Part shown: piece by piece, positions 1 to 13,714 of the stretch
Numbering within the stretch: the stretch's first letter is position 1
Layout of the letters: every line of letters begins with the position of its first letter
Assembly (NCBI GenBank): GCA_964016885.1
Contig: OZ024747.1
Span: 56,668,001 to 56,732,000 of the forward strand
Source of the DNA: Eledone cirrhosa
Lineage: Eukaryota
Length of the DNA: 64,000 bases
Reading direction: 5' to 3'
Position numbers and translations under genes: made by a program
The notes under the pieces: generated by a model
Database searches by the model: none
What the model was told of the DNA's origin: nothing
What the model saw: only the letters and a program-made list of their open reading frames with translations

Positions 1-119
1 TGTATTTGTATATACCCATGCAAATATATATAAGAAAATACACAAACAAGCATGTGTCTGTGCTTTTTTCTAATCTAAAGACTTCAAGCACTTCATATTT
101 CCTTGCTTTATTATCATCA

Positions 120-133
120 TTACCATTATTATT

Positions 134-190
<57 letters not shown>

Positions 191-238
191 GTTGTTGTTG
201 TTGCTGTTGTAGTTTGTGTTGTTGTTGTTGTTGTTGTG
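120..238. repeat. (ATT)n then (GTT)n microsatellites
   Basis: Direct reading of the trinucleotide runs. Confidence 0.95.
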
Positions 239-727
239 GATATTTTGAACATCGTTATCCTTTTCAAGGATGAAATACTGATTCTTGATCCTCAATTCCA
301 GGAAATAACAAAACAAAACAAATAAGAAGAAAAAACCAGCAAAATAATTAAATAAATAAATAATTAAATGAATAAACAAGTAAACAAATAAAAGAAACCA
401 CCACCACCATCAACAACAACAACAACAACATATAAAAAGGAGTGAACATCAACAAACAAATAAACTAAAACAATAGAAAAATAAAAAAAAAAGTATTAAA
501 TAAATAACAACAATGTGGTAAAACATTAAAGATGGAAAGAAAGAAGAAAGAAATAAAACAGTAAAATAAAAATAATGAAATAAAACGAACAAATAAAATA
601 AGGGAATAAAATAAAAAGACAAATTCAGGAATAAAACAAATATGGAAATATAAAGAAAAATTATGTAAGATATAAAATTAAAAAATGAAATATATCAAAT
701 GTAAAAGTAAAATGGATTCTTTAAAAC

Positions 728-815
728 ATACACACACATATATATATATATGTATATATATATATACATATATGTATATATGTGTATATAAATATATATA
801 TATATACACATATAT

Positions 816-869
<54 letters not shown>

Positions 870-910
870 TACAATATATATATATAATATATATATATAT
901 ATACATATAT

Positions 911-992
<82 letters not shown>

Positions 993-1007
993 ATATACAT
1001 GCAGACG

Positions 1008-1038
<31 letters not shown>

Positions 1039-1050
1039 ATGTATGTGCAT
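728..1050. repeat. (TA)n/(CA)n/(TG)n compound microsatellite
   Basis: Direct reading; explains the YI/HT-rich ORFs. Confidence 0.95.
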
Positions 1051-1676
1051 ATACAATACAACACACCTCATCAAATTATCAAAACCAAAAAAATAAAAAT
1101 TTGAAAAAAAAAAATGGCAAAGAAAATTAAAATATAAAAATATAATGAAAAAAAAAATAAAGAAGATGGTTAAGAAAAGTGTAATAAAGATAGTCAATAT
1201 CCATACATACACTTATCCCTCTCTCCCTTTCTTTCTCTCTCTCCCTCTCTACCTCGCTCTCCCACTCTCCTTCTCTCTCCCTCACTCCCCCTTTCTTCTT
1301 ATTCCCATTACTTGCAATATGAAAGCTATGTTCTTGCTAGGATCATGAGTGTTCCCCCTTATCATCTGCCTATGTAAATGAATAAATAACAGGGGCAAAT
1401 GGCAAAGATATTGAATTAGATAGTGAAGATTTAACCCTATCAACTTTCTACACGCTTTATTTGATCACGGATTAATTTGACAAATAGGATTACAGTTTTT
1501 TTGAAGATTTTTATTTAGATTTATAAGAGGTTTTGTGACTTTTGAGATTTTTTCTTTTTTGGTGGTTTGGTTTCTAATGCTGCTTTCCTTCTGTCCTTTC
1601 TTCCTTAGACTCAACTCTTTTACAGATTTGTCAATATCCATGTTCCGGCACATGTTTATTTTTTACCCAAATTGTT

Positions 1677-2607
<931 letters not shown>

Positions 2608-3557
2608 ACGGCGATGAATTAGTTTTGCGAGGTTTTTTATATGAAATTGTGTGTCGAAACAAATATTGTTATACTTGGGGAGGGTCATATTTGTGTAATA
2701 TTGCCAGAATTAATAACAGAACACACTCACTGTTTGGTTGGTTTTCGCTTTTCTCTTCTGTGTCTTTTATATCGGTAACCTAATTTACTCGGTCCTCAAT
2801 GTTGCCATTGACTGACCGACGGTCAAAAATAATACAGATACAATATGGACACAAACACATATATATAGTTTATCATAAATCTTTCGTTGCACATCTGCAA
2901 CATCGTCAGTGGTGCTATTATTTCCTCCAGTTGTATTGTATGTCTACGCCATTTTTATTCAGTCTGTCCATATATTTATTTATTTATTTGCTTGTTTGTT
3001 TATTTTATTTTGTCTTCTTTGCGCATGCGTTTGCGTGTGTGTATAGTGTTTTGTTTGATGTGTGATGTGTGTTCATGATTGGGTGACTAGTGTGTGTTTT
3101 TGTGCTTGTGTATGTATTTATTTATTTATTTATTTATTTATTTTATTTTATTTACTTATTTATACTTCTCTTAGGTCAGTGTTGTTTGTTTGGGTGTTGT
3201 TGTTATTCCATTCATTCTTTCTGTTTAGTCTTGGTCTTCTAAGTTCTATTTCACTGGCCTCTCTGATTTGCCTATCTGCTGGGTCATTTCTATGTTTAGA
3301 TATTATTCTAATTTCGATGTTGCAGATGTGCAACGAAAGATTTATGATAAACTATATATATGTGTTTGTGTCCATATTGTATCTGTATTATTTTTGACCG
3401 TCGGTCAGTCAATGGCATCATTGAGGACCGAGTAAATTAGGTTACCGATATAAAAGACACAGAAGAGAAAAGCGAAAACCAACCAAACCGTGAGTGTGTT
3501 CTGTTATTAATTCTGGCAATATTACACAAATATGACCCTCCCCAAGTATAACAATAT
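2608..3557 (-). mobile_element. 5'-truncated Penelope-like element with inverted pseudo-LTR
   Basis: Minus 3313-3170 reads IRIISKHRNDPADRQIREASEIELRRPRLNRKNEW (GIY-YIG C-terminus); near-perfect inverted repeat 2663-2905 / 3315-3557; same family as 44585-45941; flanked by (TA)n. Confidence 0.85.
2870..2914 (-). ncRNA. Hammerhead-like motif in PLE pseudo-LTR (stems I/III uncertain)
   Basis: Minus strand: CTGACGA t gttgca gatg tgcaac GAAA; also at ~43250-43292. Confidence 0.5.
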
Positions 3558-3876
3558 ATATATATATATATATGTATATGTATATAAACGATGATGATGA
3601 TGTGTGCGTGGTAGAGAGTCAATATGTGTGTGTATGTATGTGTGCATGGATTTCATGAATTTAGTTGTTTCTTAGATTTATGTTTGATGACTTGATGCCA
3701 AAGCTTTGAATATTTATTCATATATATTTACTTTTAAATAATTAAGTGTATTTATTTATATATATATATATTTATATATATATATATATTTATATATACT
3801 TGCTTGTATACGCACAATATATAAATGTATGAATAGCAGATTCTCACCTCGGAATCTATATATGAATATATAGATT

Positions 3877-3916
3877 CCGAGCTGAGGATCCGCTAAGGTG
3901 AAACAATTGTTCTCGG
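3877..3916 (+). ncRNA. Minimal type I hammerhead ribozyme
   Basis: ccgag CTGAGGA tcc gctaa ggt GAAA caattgT T ctcgg: stem I ccgag/ctcgg, palindromic stem III acaattgt, UH site. Confidence 0.8.
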
Positions 3917-4030
3917 TATGGTGAACTAACTGTTGTGTAACCAATTCCCTCTCTCTCGCTATATATATATATATATATAAGAAAATGAGAGGTTTTTTAA
4001 TAAAAAAAAAAACGAGATGTCCTACATGAA

Positions 4031-4279
4031 AAGAAATCGAAAATGCAACTGGAGTCTTTTTAAGAATATTTATTTATTTACTTTACCAGTTTTACAGTTC
4101 TTATGCTTTTCAAAAGTCGAATTGAGATGGAGGGTTTGTGGTTTCTCTTGCATCAGATGTGAGAGAAACTGCAAACCCTCCATCTCAATTGTAAAATTTG
4201 AAAAGCACAAAACTGTGAAACCGGTAAAGTAAATATATAAATATTCTTAAAAAGACTCCAGTTGCATTTTCGATTTCTT
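4031..4279. repeat. Fold-back palindrome (~120-bp arms) with decayed hammerhead-like motif
   Basis: Arms 4031-4149 / 4160-4279; right arm TTGAAAA gca..tgt GAAA ccggT A aagt (4198-4230). Confidence 0.85.
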
Positions 4280-4309
4280 CTCTATACATATATATATACA
4301 TATATCCTC

Positions 4310-4490
4310 ATCATCATCAACATTTAACAGTTATTTTCCATGCTAGCATGGTTTAGATGGGTTGTCTTGTTTGATGCAAGTTGGGTCAGGTGACCATGTC
4401 TTGCTCATACAGAACTGTTTCTGGCTTGCCTTCTATAGCTGGATGCCTTTGGTAATGCCAACCTCATTTACAGTGTGTGGAGAGTGATTT
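4310..4490 (-). mobile_element. RTE 3' UTR fragment
   Basis: (CAT)n tail, ccatgctagcatgg and ctggatgcc motifs homologous to 42640-42798. Confidence 0.7.
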
Positions 4491-4927
4491 TTGTTGTGTA
4501 TACACACAAACACATGCACACACACACATTCATGCATAGTGAGTGTTTGAGAAAAGAGCTCCTGATGATTTAAGACTATGCTCTAATTTTTAATCTCCCT
4601 TTATTGTCTCACATTATTGATATTTCTTGGACATGTGAGAACTCCACAACTTCCATTCTGTCGAGTCTCTACTCATCTGTTGATGGATTCTTCGGCTCAT
4701 AAATTAATAATCAGCTCAACTGTTTTTTTGTTTTTTTTTGTTACAACACAACACAAAAATGTTTAACCCTTTTTATAACCATATTTCTCATAAACGATAT
4801 TATCTATGGTTTTCAATTCCTTTTGAAATTAATGAAGGATTTCAAGGGTTTTAGTAAAATATCTATTGTTCTATTGTTTTGATGATATATTTACAAAGTT
4901 TCTTACATTAAAATGTTGTGAAATGAT

Positions 4928-5156
4928 TTAACCCTTTAACATTGACATTACTCTATATTTACTATTATATTTTCATGGTAAACACTTTATCTCACATAAT
5001 TATCACACATCATATCGAATCTATGAGATTTATATATTATTTATTTTGAGAACAACACCTTAACATCAGTAAGAATGACCGGTTATAGCCGGTTTGAACA
5101 GAAAGAGGTGAGAGAATTCTGGCTAGATACAGCCGGTTTAAATACTTAAGGGTTAA
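4928..5156. mobile_element. piggyBac-type MITE (copy 1)
   Basis: TTAA-CCCTTTA ... AAGGG-TTAA ends; internal sequence shared with four other copies. Confidence 0.8.
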
Positions 5157-5337
5157 AACAAACAACCCATTTTTCTTGCTAAAACAGGAGTTAGCTTTTC
5201 AGATCACATGGCAGTCTTTACATTCATCATGTGTAGATATATATATATTAGGGCAATGTTTTATGTCTGGTTGCTCTCCCTGATACTAAACCCTTTAGTT
5301 TCCTTCCATGATATGTAAAGATATAGTATAACAAACA

Positions 5338-5718
5338 CCCTGTGAATTGAACTCACAACTCCATGATTGTGAGCCCATTGCTTTAACCACTAAGCCATGT
5401 GCCTTCACAATCATACTATACTGGAACTCCATCGATTATGGCAATGAGCATTCCAGGTGATCCGTACAAGTGGTTGAGCATTCCACAGACACGCATACCT
5501 GCCCTAAATGTAGTTCTCAGAGTGATTTATCATGGCGCATAATGTGTCAAGGCTGGCCCTTAAAATTACAGGTACAACTCATTTTTGCCAGCTGAGTGGA
5601 CTGGAGCAACATAAAATAAAGTGTCTAACTGAAGGACACAAGGCACCACCGGGAATCAAACTCACAACCTTACGATTTTGAGCCGAATACCCTAACCACA
5701 AAGCCATGTGCCTTCACA
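5338..5718 (-). mobile_element. tRNA-derived SINE family A (CORE-like), one copy plus a head fragment
   Basis: Minus strand tggctt(t/a)gtggtta A box, tgagtt B-box region, gtgtcctt...acactttatttt body. Confidence 0.75.
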
Positions 5719-6074
5719 ATCATAGGGTTCCTATAACTAACACACAACAGTTAAAAACCATTCTATAATATGCTTGAGAGACACATACAAAGGAGTACAA
5801 ATTACATTTACATATATGAAGTTACGTTGGATATAACAACACGTAACTTGATTGAAATGAGAATCTGTTCAAAGAATATTCTGGATTTTGGCACACAAAA
5901 GTAAATGATTGTATGTTAGATAAATGTTTGTGTGGGCTTTTAATATGTCAACCCTAATGAAGCAGAGCTCTAGCATGTTTCAATAAAAGAAGAAAGGGCC
6001 ATTGTGTGAACTGTTGATAACAATTGGATTGGGAATATCACAATAATGTTTTGGTTAGATCTATAAACTGGTAA

Positions 6075-6086
6075 TTAATATGTGTG

Positions 6087-6121
<35 letters not shown>

Positions 6122-6132
6122 TTGTATTTATA

Positions 6133-6187
<55 letters not shown>

Positions 6188-6280
6188 GCACATCACATTT
6201 ATGCCTATCTCTCCACCCATCTATAAAACTATATGTCCATATGCACCAAGATATGATTGCTTTAAATCTCTATATATATG

Positions 6281-6366
<86 letters not shown>

Positions 6367-6505
6367 TATATGGAGAGAGAGAGTGTGTGTGTGTGTGTTT
6401 GTGTGTGGTGAGAGAGGGAGTGTGAGATACTCAAACTGTTGTATATCTATGTGTGTGTATGTGTGTATGTGTGTATGTGTGTAGATAGGGGTGTATATAT
6501 ATGAA
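6075..6505. repeat. (TA)n/(TG)n microsatellite block
   Basis: Direct reading. Confidence 0.9.
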
Positions 6506-6753
6506 TTCATAGTTACTAAGTATTGTATAATTAATTATATTTTATGCAGGTGTATATATGTTATGTGATGGGAGTTGCATAAAAGTATTTGAGGAGAGAG
6601 TTCATGGCCAGAAAATGCTGTACAACATGTAATAAAATAACATGTATGAATACATAAAATTTCATACATACATGCATACATACATAAATACGTATGCATA
6701 TATATAGTAGACATGCATACATGTGTATATACATATATATATATATATATATA

Positions 6754-7211
6754 TAAAAATACGTATTTAAGAAAGCCACAACAATGCAAAGGGAAATCTC
6801 GAGGTAGGAAGTGAAATATAGATAGGAAAAACAGGTGAAAGTGAAAGTTGAGAGAGACAAAGATGAAAACAAAACAAAGGTAGAAGGGTTACCGTAGTAG
6901 AGATTTTAATCCCAATATTTCGGGCTCACGCCCATCAACGGGGGAAAAGTTCCAAAAGGGGGGAAAAACAGGCCAAGCGGAGAAAGTGTTGTTGTCGTTA
7001 AGACAGGAATGCCGTTTTTTCCCCCGTTGATGGGCGTGAGCCCGAAATATTGGGATTAAAATCTCTACTACGGTAACCCTTCTACCTTTGTTTTGTTTTC
7101 ATCTTTGTCTCTCTCAACTTTCACTTTCACCTGTTTTTCCTATCTATATTTCACTTCCTACCTCGAGATTTCCCTTTGCATTGTTGTGGCTTTCTTAAAT
7201 ACGTATTTTTA
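6754..7211. repeat. Fold-back element, 195-bp arms, 68-bp spacer, hammerhead-like motif
   Basis: Arms 6754-6948 / 7017-7211 appear perfectly complementary; TTGATG ggc gtga gcc cGAAA tatt at 7027-7051. Confidence 0.9.
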
Positions 7212-7248
7212 CACATTTCACAATGCTTCAAGCAAACTTTAACACCCT

Positions 7249-7288
<40 letters not shown>

Positions 7289-7334
7289 GGAATACTGTTG
7301 GCTTCTTGCTACAATATTTTCTATACCTTTCATT

Positions 7335-7403
<69 letters not shown>

Positions 7404-7505
7404 GTATATAAACGATGATGATGTGATATAAACGATGATGGTGTGTATACATACAATATATACATATATATATATATATATATATGCATACATATGAATG
7501 TTATG

Positions 7506-7572
<67 letters not shown>

Positions 7573-7663
7573 GTGTGTGTGTGTGTGTATACATACAACC
7601 ATATTTTGTCATCAAAGTAATTCATAATTGGTAAAGCTACACTAATATAATACTTCCCCAGCC

Positions 7664-8745
7664 CATCACCTCCACCACCTCAACAATGACACCATCACCA
7701 CCATTGCCAACAACAGCACCTCCTCCACCACCAACAACACTACCACCACCACCACCAACAACAATGACAACACCTCCACCACCATCACCACCACCAACAT
7801 AGCTCTACTGTAGCCATGGTGACCAAATGACAATAAATTCTAAGTTTGAATTTGCTGAAGAACAATCATCATAATTGGTTATCAGTGTTGAAGTTGGTGG
7901 TGGTGTTGGTGGTGTTGGTGGTGGTGGTGGTGGTGGTGGTGGTGGTGGTGTTGGTGGTGGTGTTGGTGGTGTTGGTGGTGTTGGTGGTGGTGGTGGTGGT
8001 GGTGGTGGTGGTGGTGTTGGTGGTGGTGTTGGTGGTGTTGGTGTCGGTGGTGATGGTGGTGTTGGTGGTGGTGGTGCCGGTGGTGGTGGTGGTGGTGGCA
8101 GCGATTATGTTGGTGTTGGTAGTATTGATGGTGTTGGTGATGGTGAACATGATGGTGGTGATGATGGTGGTGGTGTTGGTGGTGGTGGTGGCTGTGGGAG
8201 CTATGGTGATGATGGTGTTGGTGGTATTGATGGTGTTGGGGGTGGTGATGGTGGTAGTGTTGGTGATGGTGAAGATGATGGTAGTGATGATGGTGGTGGT
8301 TCTTGTGGTGGTGTTGGCGTTGGTGATGGCAGTGATGTTGGTGATGGTGGTGATGGTGTTGTGATGGTCCTGATGATGGCAACGATGATTATGGCAATGA
8401 TGGTGTTGGTGGTGGTGATGGTGGTGCTGGTGGTGGTGGTAGTAGTAGTAGTAGTGACAATAGTGTTGATAGTGATGGTAGTGGTGGTGACAGTGGTGGT
8501 AGTAGTGGTGTTGGTGGTGGTGGTGATGGTGGTGGTGGTGGTAGTTGTAGATGTGACAATAGTGTTGATGGTGATGGCGGTGGAGGTGTTGATAGTGATG
8601 GTGGTGATGGGGTGACAGTGATGTTAGTAGTGGTGGTGGTGGTGGTGGTGGTAGCAGTTGTAGCTGTAGTGTTGATAGTGATGGTGGTAGTGGTGGTGAT
8701 TGTGATGGTGGTGTGGTGGTGGTGGTGATGGTGGTGGTGGTGGGG
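7664..8745. repeat. (CAC)n then long (GGT)n-derived degenerate trinucleotide satellite
   Basis: Direct reading; source of the poly-V/G/H/T ORFs. Confidence 0.9.
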
Positions 8746-8894
8746 AGGAGAGAAAGGAAGTGAAGAAGTAATATATGTTTGATATGGAAGTGATGACGAA
8801 CAATGAAATCAATTATATAGTTTAATATCAAAGAGATGGCAAATGAGCCATTGACAATGTCTGTATTAGAATAGGAACTATATCTAGTGGTGGT

Positions 8895-9870
8895 GGTTGG
8901 AGATAGAGGGGGGGGGAGAGATGAGAGAGAGAGGGAGGTGAGAGTGGGAGGTGAGTGGTGAGAGAGGGGGGGGGCTGAGAAGGTGAGAGTGGGCGGTGAG
9001 TGGGGAGAGGGAGGGGGTGAGCGGGGAGTGGGGAGAGAGAGAAGATGAGAAGGTGAGAGTGGGAGGTGAGTGAGGAGAGAGTACGGGTGAGAAGGTGAGA
9101 GTGGGCGGTGAGTGGGGAGAGAGAGAGGGTGAGAAGGTGAGTGGGGAGAGAGAGAAGATGAGAAGGTGAGAGTGGGAGGTGAGTGAGGAGAGAGAGGGTG
9201 AGAAGGTGAGAGGGGAGGGGAGTGGGGGAGAGAGGGGATGAGAAGGTGAGAGTGGGAGGTGAGTGAGGAGAGAGAGAGGGTGAGAAGGTGAGTGGGGACA
9301 GAGAGAGGATGAGAAGGTGAGAATGGGAGGTGAGTGAGGAGAGAGAGGGTGAGAGGGGAGGGGAGTGTGGGGAGAGAGGGGATGAGAAGGTGAGAGTGGG
9401 AGGTGAGTGATGAGAGAGAGAGGGTGAGAAGGTGAGAGGGAAGGGGAGTGGGGGAGAGAGAGAGGATGAGAAGGTGAGAGTGGGAGGTGAGTGAGGAGAG
9501 AGAGAGAGGGTGAGAAGGTGAGAGTGGGAGGTGAGTGGGGAGAGAGAGGGTGAGAAGGTGAGAGCAGGAGATGAATGAGGGCAAGAGGGAAGAGAAGGTG
9601 TGAGTAGGAGGTGAGTGGGGGTGAGAGGGATGGGAGGTGAGAGAAACAGAGAAACTGGCAGACAGATAGAGAGGAAAGTGTGAGAGGAAGGAAGGAGGAG
9701 GAGAAAACAAGTAAGAGAATCAGATAACAAGAGAGAGAGAGTGAAGACTGATAAAGGAAAAGAGGAAAGAGAAATAGATGAAAGAAAGGAGTGAGGGAGA
9801 TGAAAGAGAGGAAAGATAAAGAGACAGAGTGAGATTGTGAGAAGAATTGTAGGAATAAGAGAGGGAAATA
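8895..9870. repeat. Purine-rich minisatellite (gggtgagaaggtgagagtgggaggtgagtgaggagagaga)
   Basis: Repeated ~40-bp unit with variants. Confidence 0.9.
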
Positions 9871-9935
9871 TTTGAACACACACTGCTCTGCCTCACCCAC
9901 TGCCCGGTACCAACCTCCTCCTTTTCTGTCATTCT

Positions 9936-10470
9936 GAAATGTTGACAAGCAATGTAGTTGACAATGTCACATAGTTTGACCGATCAGTGAAATGTTGACA
10001 AGCTGTGATGTCATGTCACCTATCTTGACCAAACAGTGAAATCTTGACAAGCTGTGATGTTCAACATATCACCTAGCTTGACCAATGAAATCTTGACAAG
10101 CTATGATGTCATGTCACCTATCTTGACCAATCAGTGAAATGTTGACAAGCTGTGATGTTAAACATGTCACCTAGCTTGACCAATCAGTGAACTGCTCTGA
10201 CAAGCCATGATGTTAAACATGTCACCTAGTTTGACCAATCAGTAAAATGTTGACAAGCTGTGATGTTCAACATATCACCTAGCCTGACCAATGAAATGTT
10301 GACAAGCTGTGATGTTCAACATATCACCTATCTTGACCAATCAGTGAAATGTTGGCAAGCTATGATGTTAAACATATCACCTAGATTGACCAATCAATGA
10401 ACTGTTAACAAGCTATGAAGTCATACATATCACCTCGCTTGACCAATCAGTAGAATGTTGACAAGCAATG
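9936..10470. repeat. ~50-55-bp tandem minisatellite, about 10 copies
   Basis: Unit approx. gaaatgttgacaagctgtgatgttaaacatgtcacctagcttgaccaatcagt. Confidence 0.9.
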
Positions 10471-10699
10471 TTAGTAAACTCCTCAACATGCTTAATTTTC
10501 AAAATTTTTTAAATCACATAGATAGTATGTTTCATTAGAAATATGGCAATGAAAGGGTACCTTCCTCCTTTCCCTAAAAGAGGTTTGGAAGCCCCAGAAA
10601 AAATATAAGGGTCATGAGCTCTATCATTTCTCCTCATTAAGTGATTAAAAAACACGACATGATCAATATTTAAATCATATTGATTAATCCTTACTACAT

Positions 10700-11300
10700 A
10701 CCCCTCTTGCTCCTATACTACCTCCTCCTCTTGCCCACTCTATCTCCCCCTCTCCTATACTACCTCCTCCTCTCGCCCACTCTATCTCCCCTCTCCTACT
10801 CTATCTCTCCCTCTCCTACTCTATCTCCCCCTCTCCTATACCACCTCCTCCTCTTGCCCACTCTATCTCCCCTCTCCTATTCTATCTCTCCCTCTCCTAC
10901 TCTATCTCCCCCTCTCCTACTCTATCTCCTCTCACCCACTCTATCTCCCCTCTCCTACTCTATGTCTCCCTCTCCTACTCTATCTCCCCTATCATGCTAT
11001 GTCTCCTCCTCTCCTACTCTATCCCCCCCTCTCCTACTCTATCTCTCCCTCTCCTACTCTATCTACCCCCTCTCCTGCTCTATCTCTCCCTCTCCTACTC
11101 TATCTCCTCCCTCTCCTGCTCTGTCCCCCCCTCCTACTCTATCTCCTCCCTCTCTTCCTCTGTCTCCCCCTCTCCTACTTTACCTCCCCCACTTACTCTA
11201 TCTACCCCCTCACCTAATCTGTCTCTCCTCTCACCCACTCTATCTCCCCTTCTCAATCTATCAACCCCCTCCTACTCTGTCTTTGCCCCCCTCCCTCCTA
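10700..11300. repeat. Pyrimidine-rich minisatellite (ctctcctactctatctccc)
   Basis: Repeated ~19-21-bp unit. Confidence 0.9.
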
Positions 11301-11344
11301 TTGTTTTACCAGTTGTTCTTTTAGTTGTTTTTTTATGTTTGCTA

Positions 11345-12128
11345 GTGTATATGTGTGTATATGTGTGTGAATGTGTTTATGTTTGTGTGTATGTATGTGT
11401 ATGTGTGTTTGTGTGTATGTGTGTATGTATGTATGTGTGTGTAATTTTGGGTATGTCGGTGTATGTGAGTTTGTGTGTATGTATGTATGTATGTATGTAT
11501 GTGTGTGAGTGTGGGTATGCCTGTGTTTGTGTGTATAAATATCTGTGTGTGTAAGTGTGCGTTTGTGTGTATATATGTATATGTGCATGTGTATATATGT
11601 CTGTATGTATATATATGTTTGTATATGTATGTCTGTATTTGTGTATGTACATGTGTGTTTGTGTTTGTATGTGTATAGGTATGTGTATATGTATGTGTGC
11701 ATGTGTATATATGTTTGTATGTGTGTATGCGTGTATTTGTGTGTGTACATGTGTGTTTGTATTTGTGTGTGTACGTGTATGAGTGTATGTATGCGTGTAT
11801 GTATATATTTAAGTTTGTGAATGGGTGTGTATGAATGGTTGTGTGTTCATGTGTCCTTTTTAATAATGATGTGATTTACCACTTGACTGGTTCTGGAAAC
11901 TTCTAACGACCACCTATTAATGTTAACAATCAATTAATTAAACAAAGACACGGAGACACTCTCACACATACATGTGCACACATACTTACACCAACACATA
12001 TATTTACATACATGTATATAAATATATATTTACAATTATAAAGACATACACATACATGCATACATACATACATATATAAATACATACATACATATATAAA
12101 TACATACATACATACATACATACATACA

Positions 12129-12162
<34 letters not shown>

Positions 12163-12164
12163 AA

Positions 12165-12198
<34 letters not shown>

Positions 12199-12310
12199 AA
12201 TACATACATACATATATAAATACATACATACATATATAAATACATACATACATACATAAATATATAATTACATACATACACAGATACACATACACAAACA
12301 CATATACACA
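11345..12310. repeat. (TG/TATG)n and (TACA)n degenerate microsatellites
   Basis: Direct reading. Confidence 0.9.
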
Positions 12311-12609
12311 TGACCAAAACGAAGAAATTAAATTAATAGCATTATAAACATTGGTTGTCGAAGAATCCAAATATAAGAAATAAGAAAAAACTATGAATAA
12401 TAAAAAATACAAGAAATATAGAAAAAGTAAAAAGGTAATTTTTGAGGGAATGGGGGAATAAATGTCACACTAGATGAAATCTTATAATTTAAAAGACCAG
12501 CTTTGTCACACACCAACAGTGTTTTACTGCCTGAAACTTACATCAAAGGTATAAATAACTGCGGTATATTCTGTCCCATACAGTAAAGTGCATGAGGGGG
12601 TAAGGGTAT

Positions 12610-12957
12610 AGACGCCCTTTGGTCTATACCCTTACCTCCTTCGGTCATGAAATTTGTACCTAGAAAGTTCCCCTCCAAGGCACAAGTCCGGGTAGGGTTG
12701 TTTTTGGAAGACCAGCAGTCACGTATTTATACCCATCTTCCCTCTCCATGCCACCGATGTTGTCCAAGAGAAAGGCAATGGCCAATACAGCTTGGCACAA
12801 GAGACATCGCAACTCATTTCTACAGCTGAGTAAACTGGAGCAGCGTGAAATAATGTGTCTTGCTCAAGGACACAACAATGCATCACCCAGTCCAAGAATC
12901 AAACTCACAACCTCCTGATTGCAAGCCCAATGCTCTTACCAATAAGCCATGCACCTG
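12610..12957 (-). mobile_element. SINE family A, variant tail
   Basis: Head and CORE-like body as in other family A copies; tail shared with 57744-57975. Confidence 0.75.
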
Positions 12958-13474
12958 CATGATGGACTGTACCAGTAATTCAATGGGTCAGATTTGTTAT
13001 GTTGATTCTGTTATGTTGATTCTGCCTGAGTATTATATTAGCACAACACATACTAATGGAATAGTCAATGATACTATTGTACAAAATTGACTGTACCAGT
13101 AATACAATTAACCAGCTTTGTTATACACTCTGCCATATTGATTCTGCCTGAGAATTATATTAATGTCAGTAGAATAGCTATACTATAATACAATGATTTG
13201 GTTGTCTAGTTTATGTAATATAAAAAGCAAAAATAATTCATTGCCAGTTTGCTTTTAACACTACCAGCTTGATTCACAGTGGCACATTGTATCCTTGAGA
13301 AAGATACTTTATTGCTTCAACCCATTCAGCTAAAAATGAGTTCAACCAGCTGCTGAGGTGATAATTTTGTGATAGACTGATGAAGGGATCTTGGATTCTC
13401 CATTATTTAACTTCATCTGACACTGAGATAGCTCCAGTCTGTTTAACCTTATTCTCAAGAAAAAAACTTTAAAT

Positions 13475-13714
13475 TTAACCCTTTAGCATTTACATTACTC
13501 TTATATGTACTATTGTATTTTCATGGTAAAGGCTTTATTTTACATAATTATTTCATATGATATCGAATCTATGATATTTTGATATTATTTATTTTGAGAA
13601 CAATACCTTAACATCAGTATGTGTGGCCAGTTATGGCCTGTTACGGCTAGTTTGAACAGAAAGAAGTGAGAGAATTCTGGCCAGATACAGCTGATTTAAA
13701 TACTAAAGGGTTAA
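13475..13714. mobile_element. piggyBac-type MITE (copy 2)
   Basis: TTAA CCCTTTAGCATTTA ... TAAATACTAAAGGG TTAA. Confidence 0.85.

Noticed and set aside
7846-9948. Gly-, Val-, His- and Ser/Pro/Leu-rich ORFs up to 613 aa
   Set aside because: Open in several frames on both strands because the satellites lack stop codons.
9936-10470. CRISPR-like regular array
   Set aside because: Units are contiguous with no unique spacers, there are no cas genes, and the context is eukaryotic.
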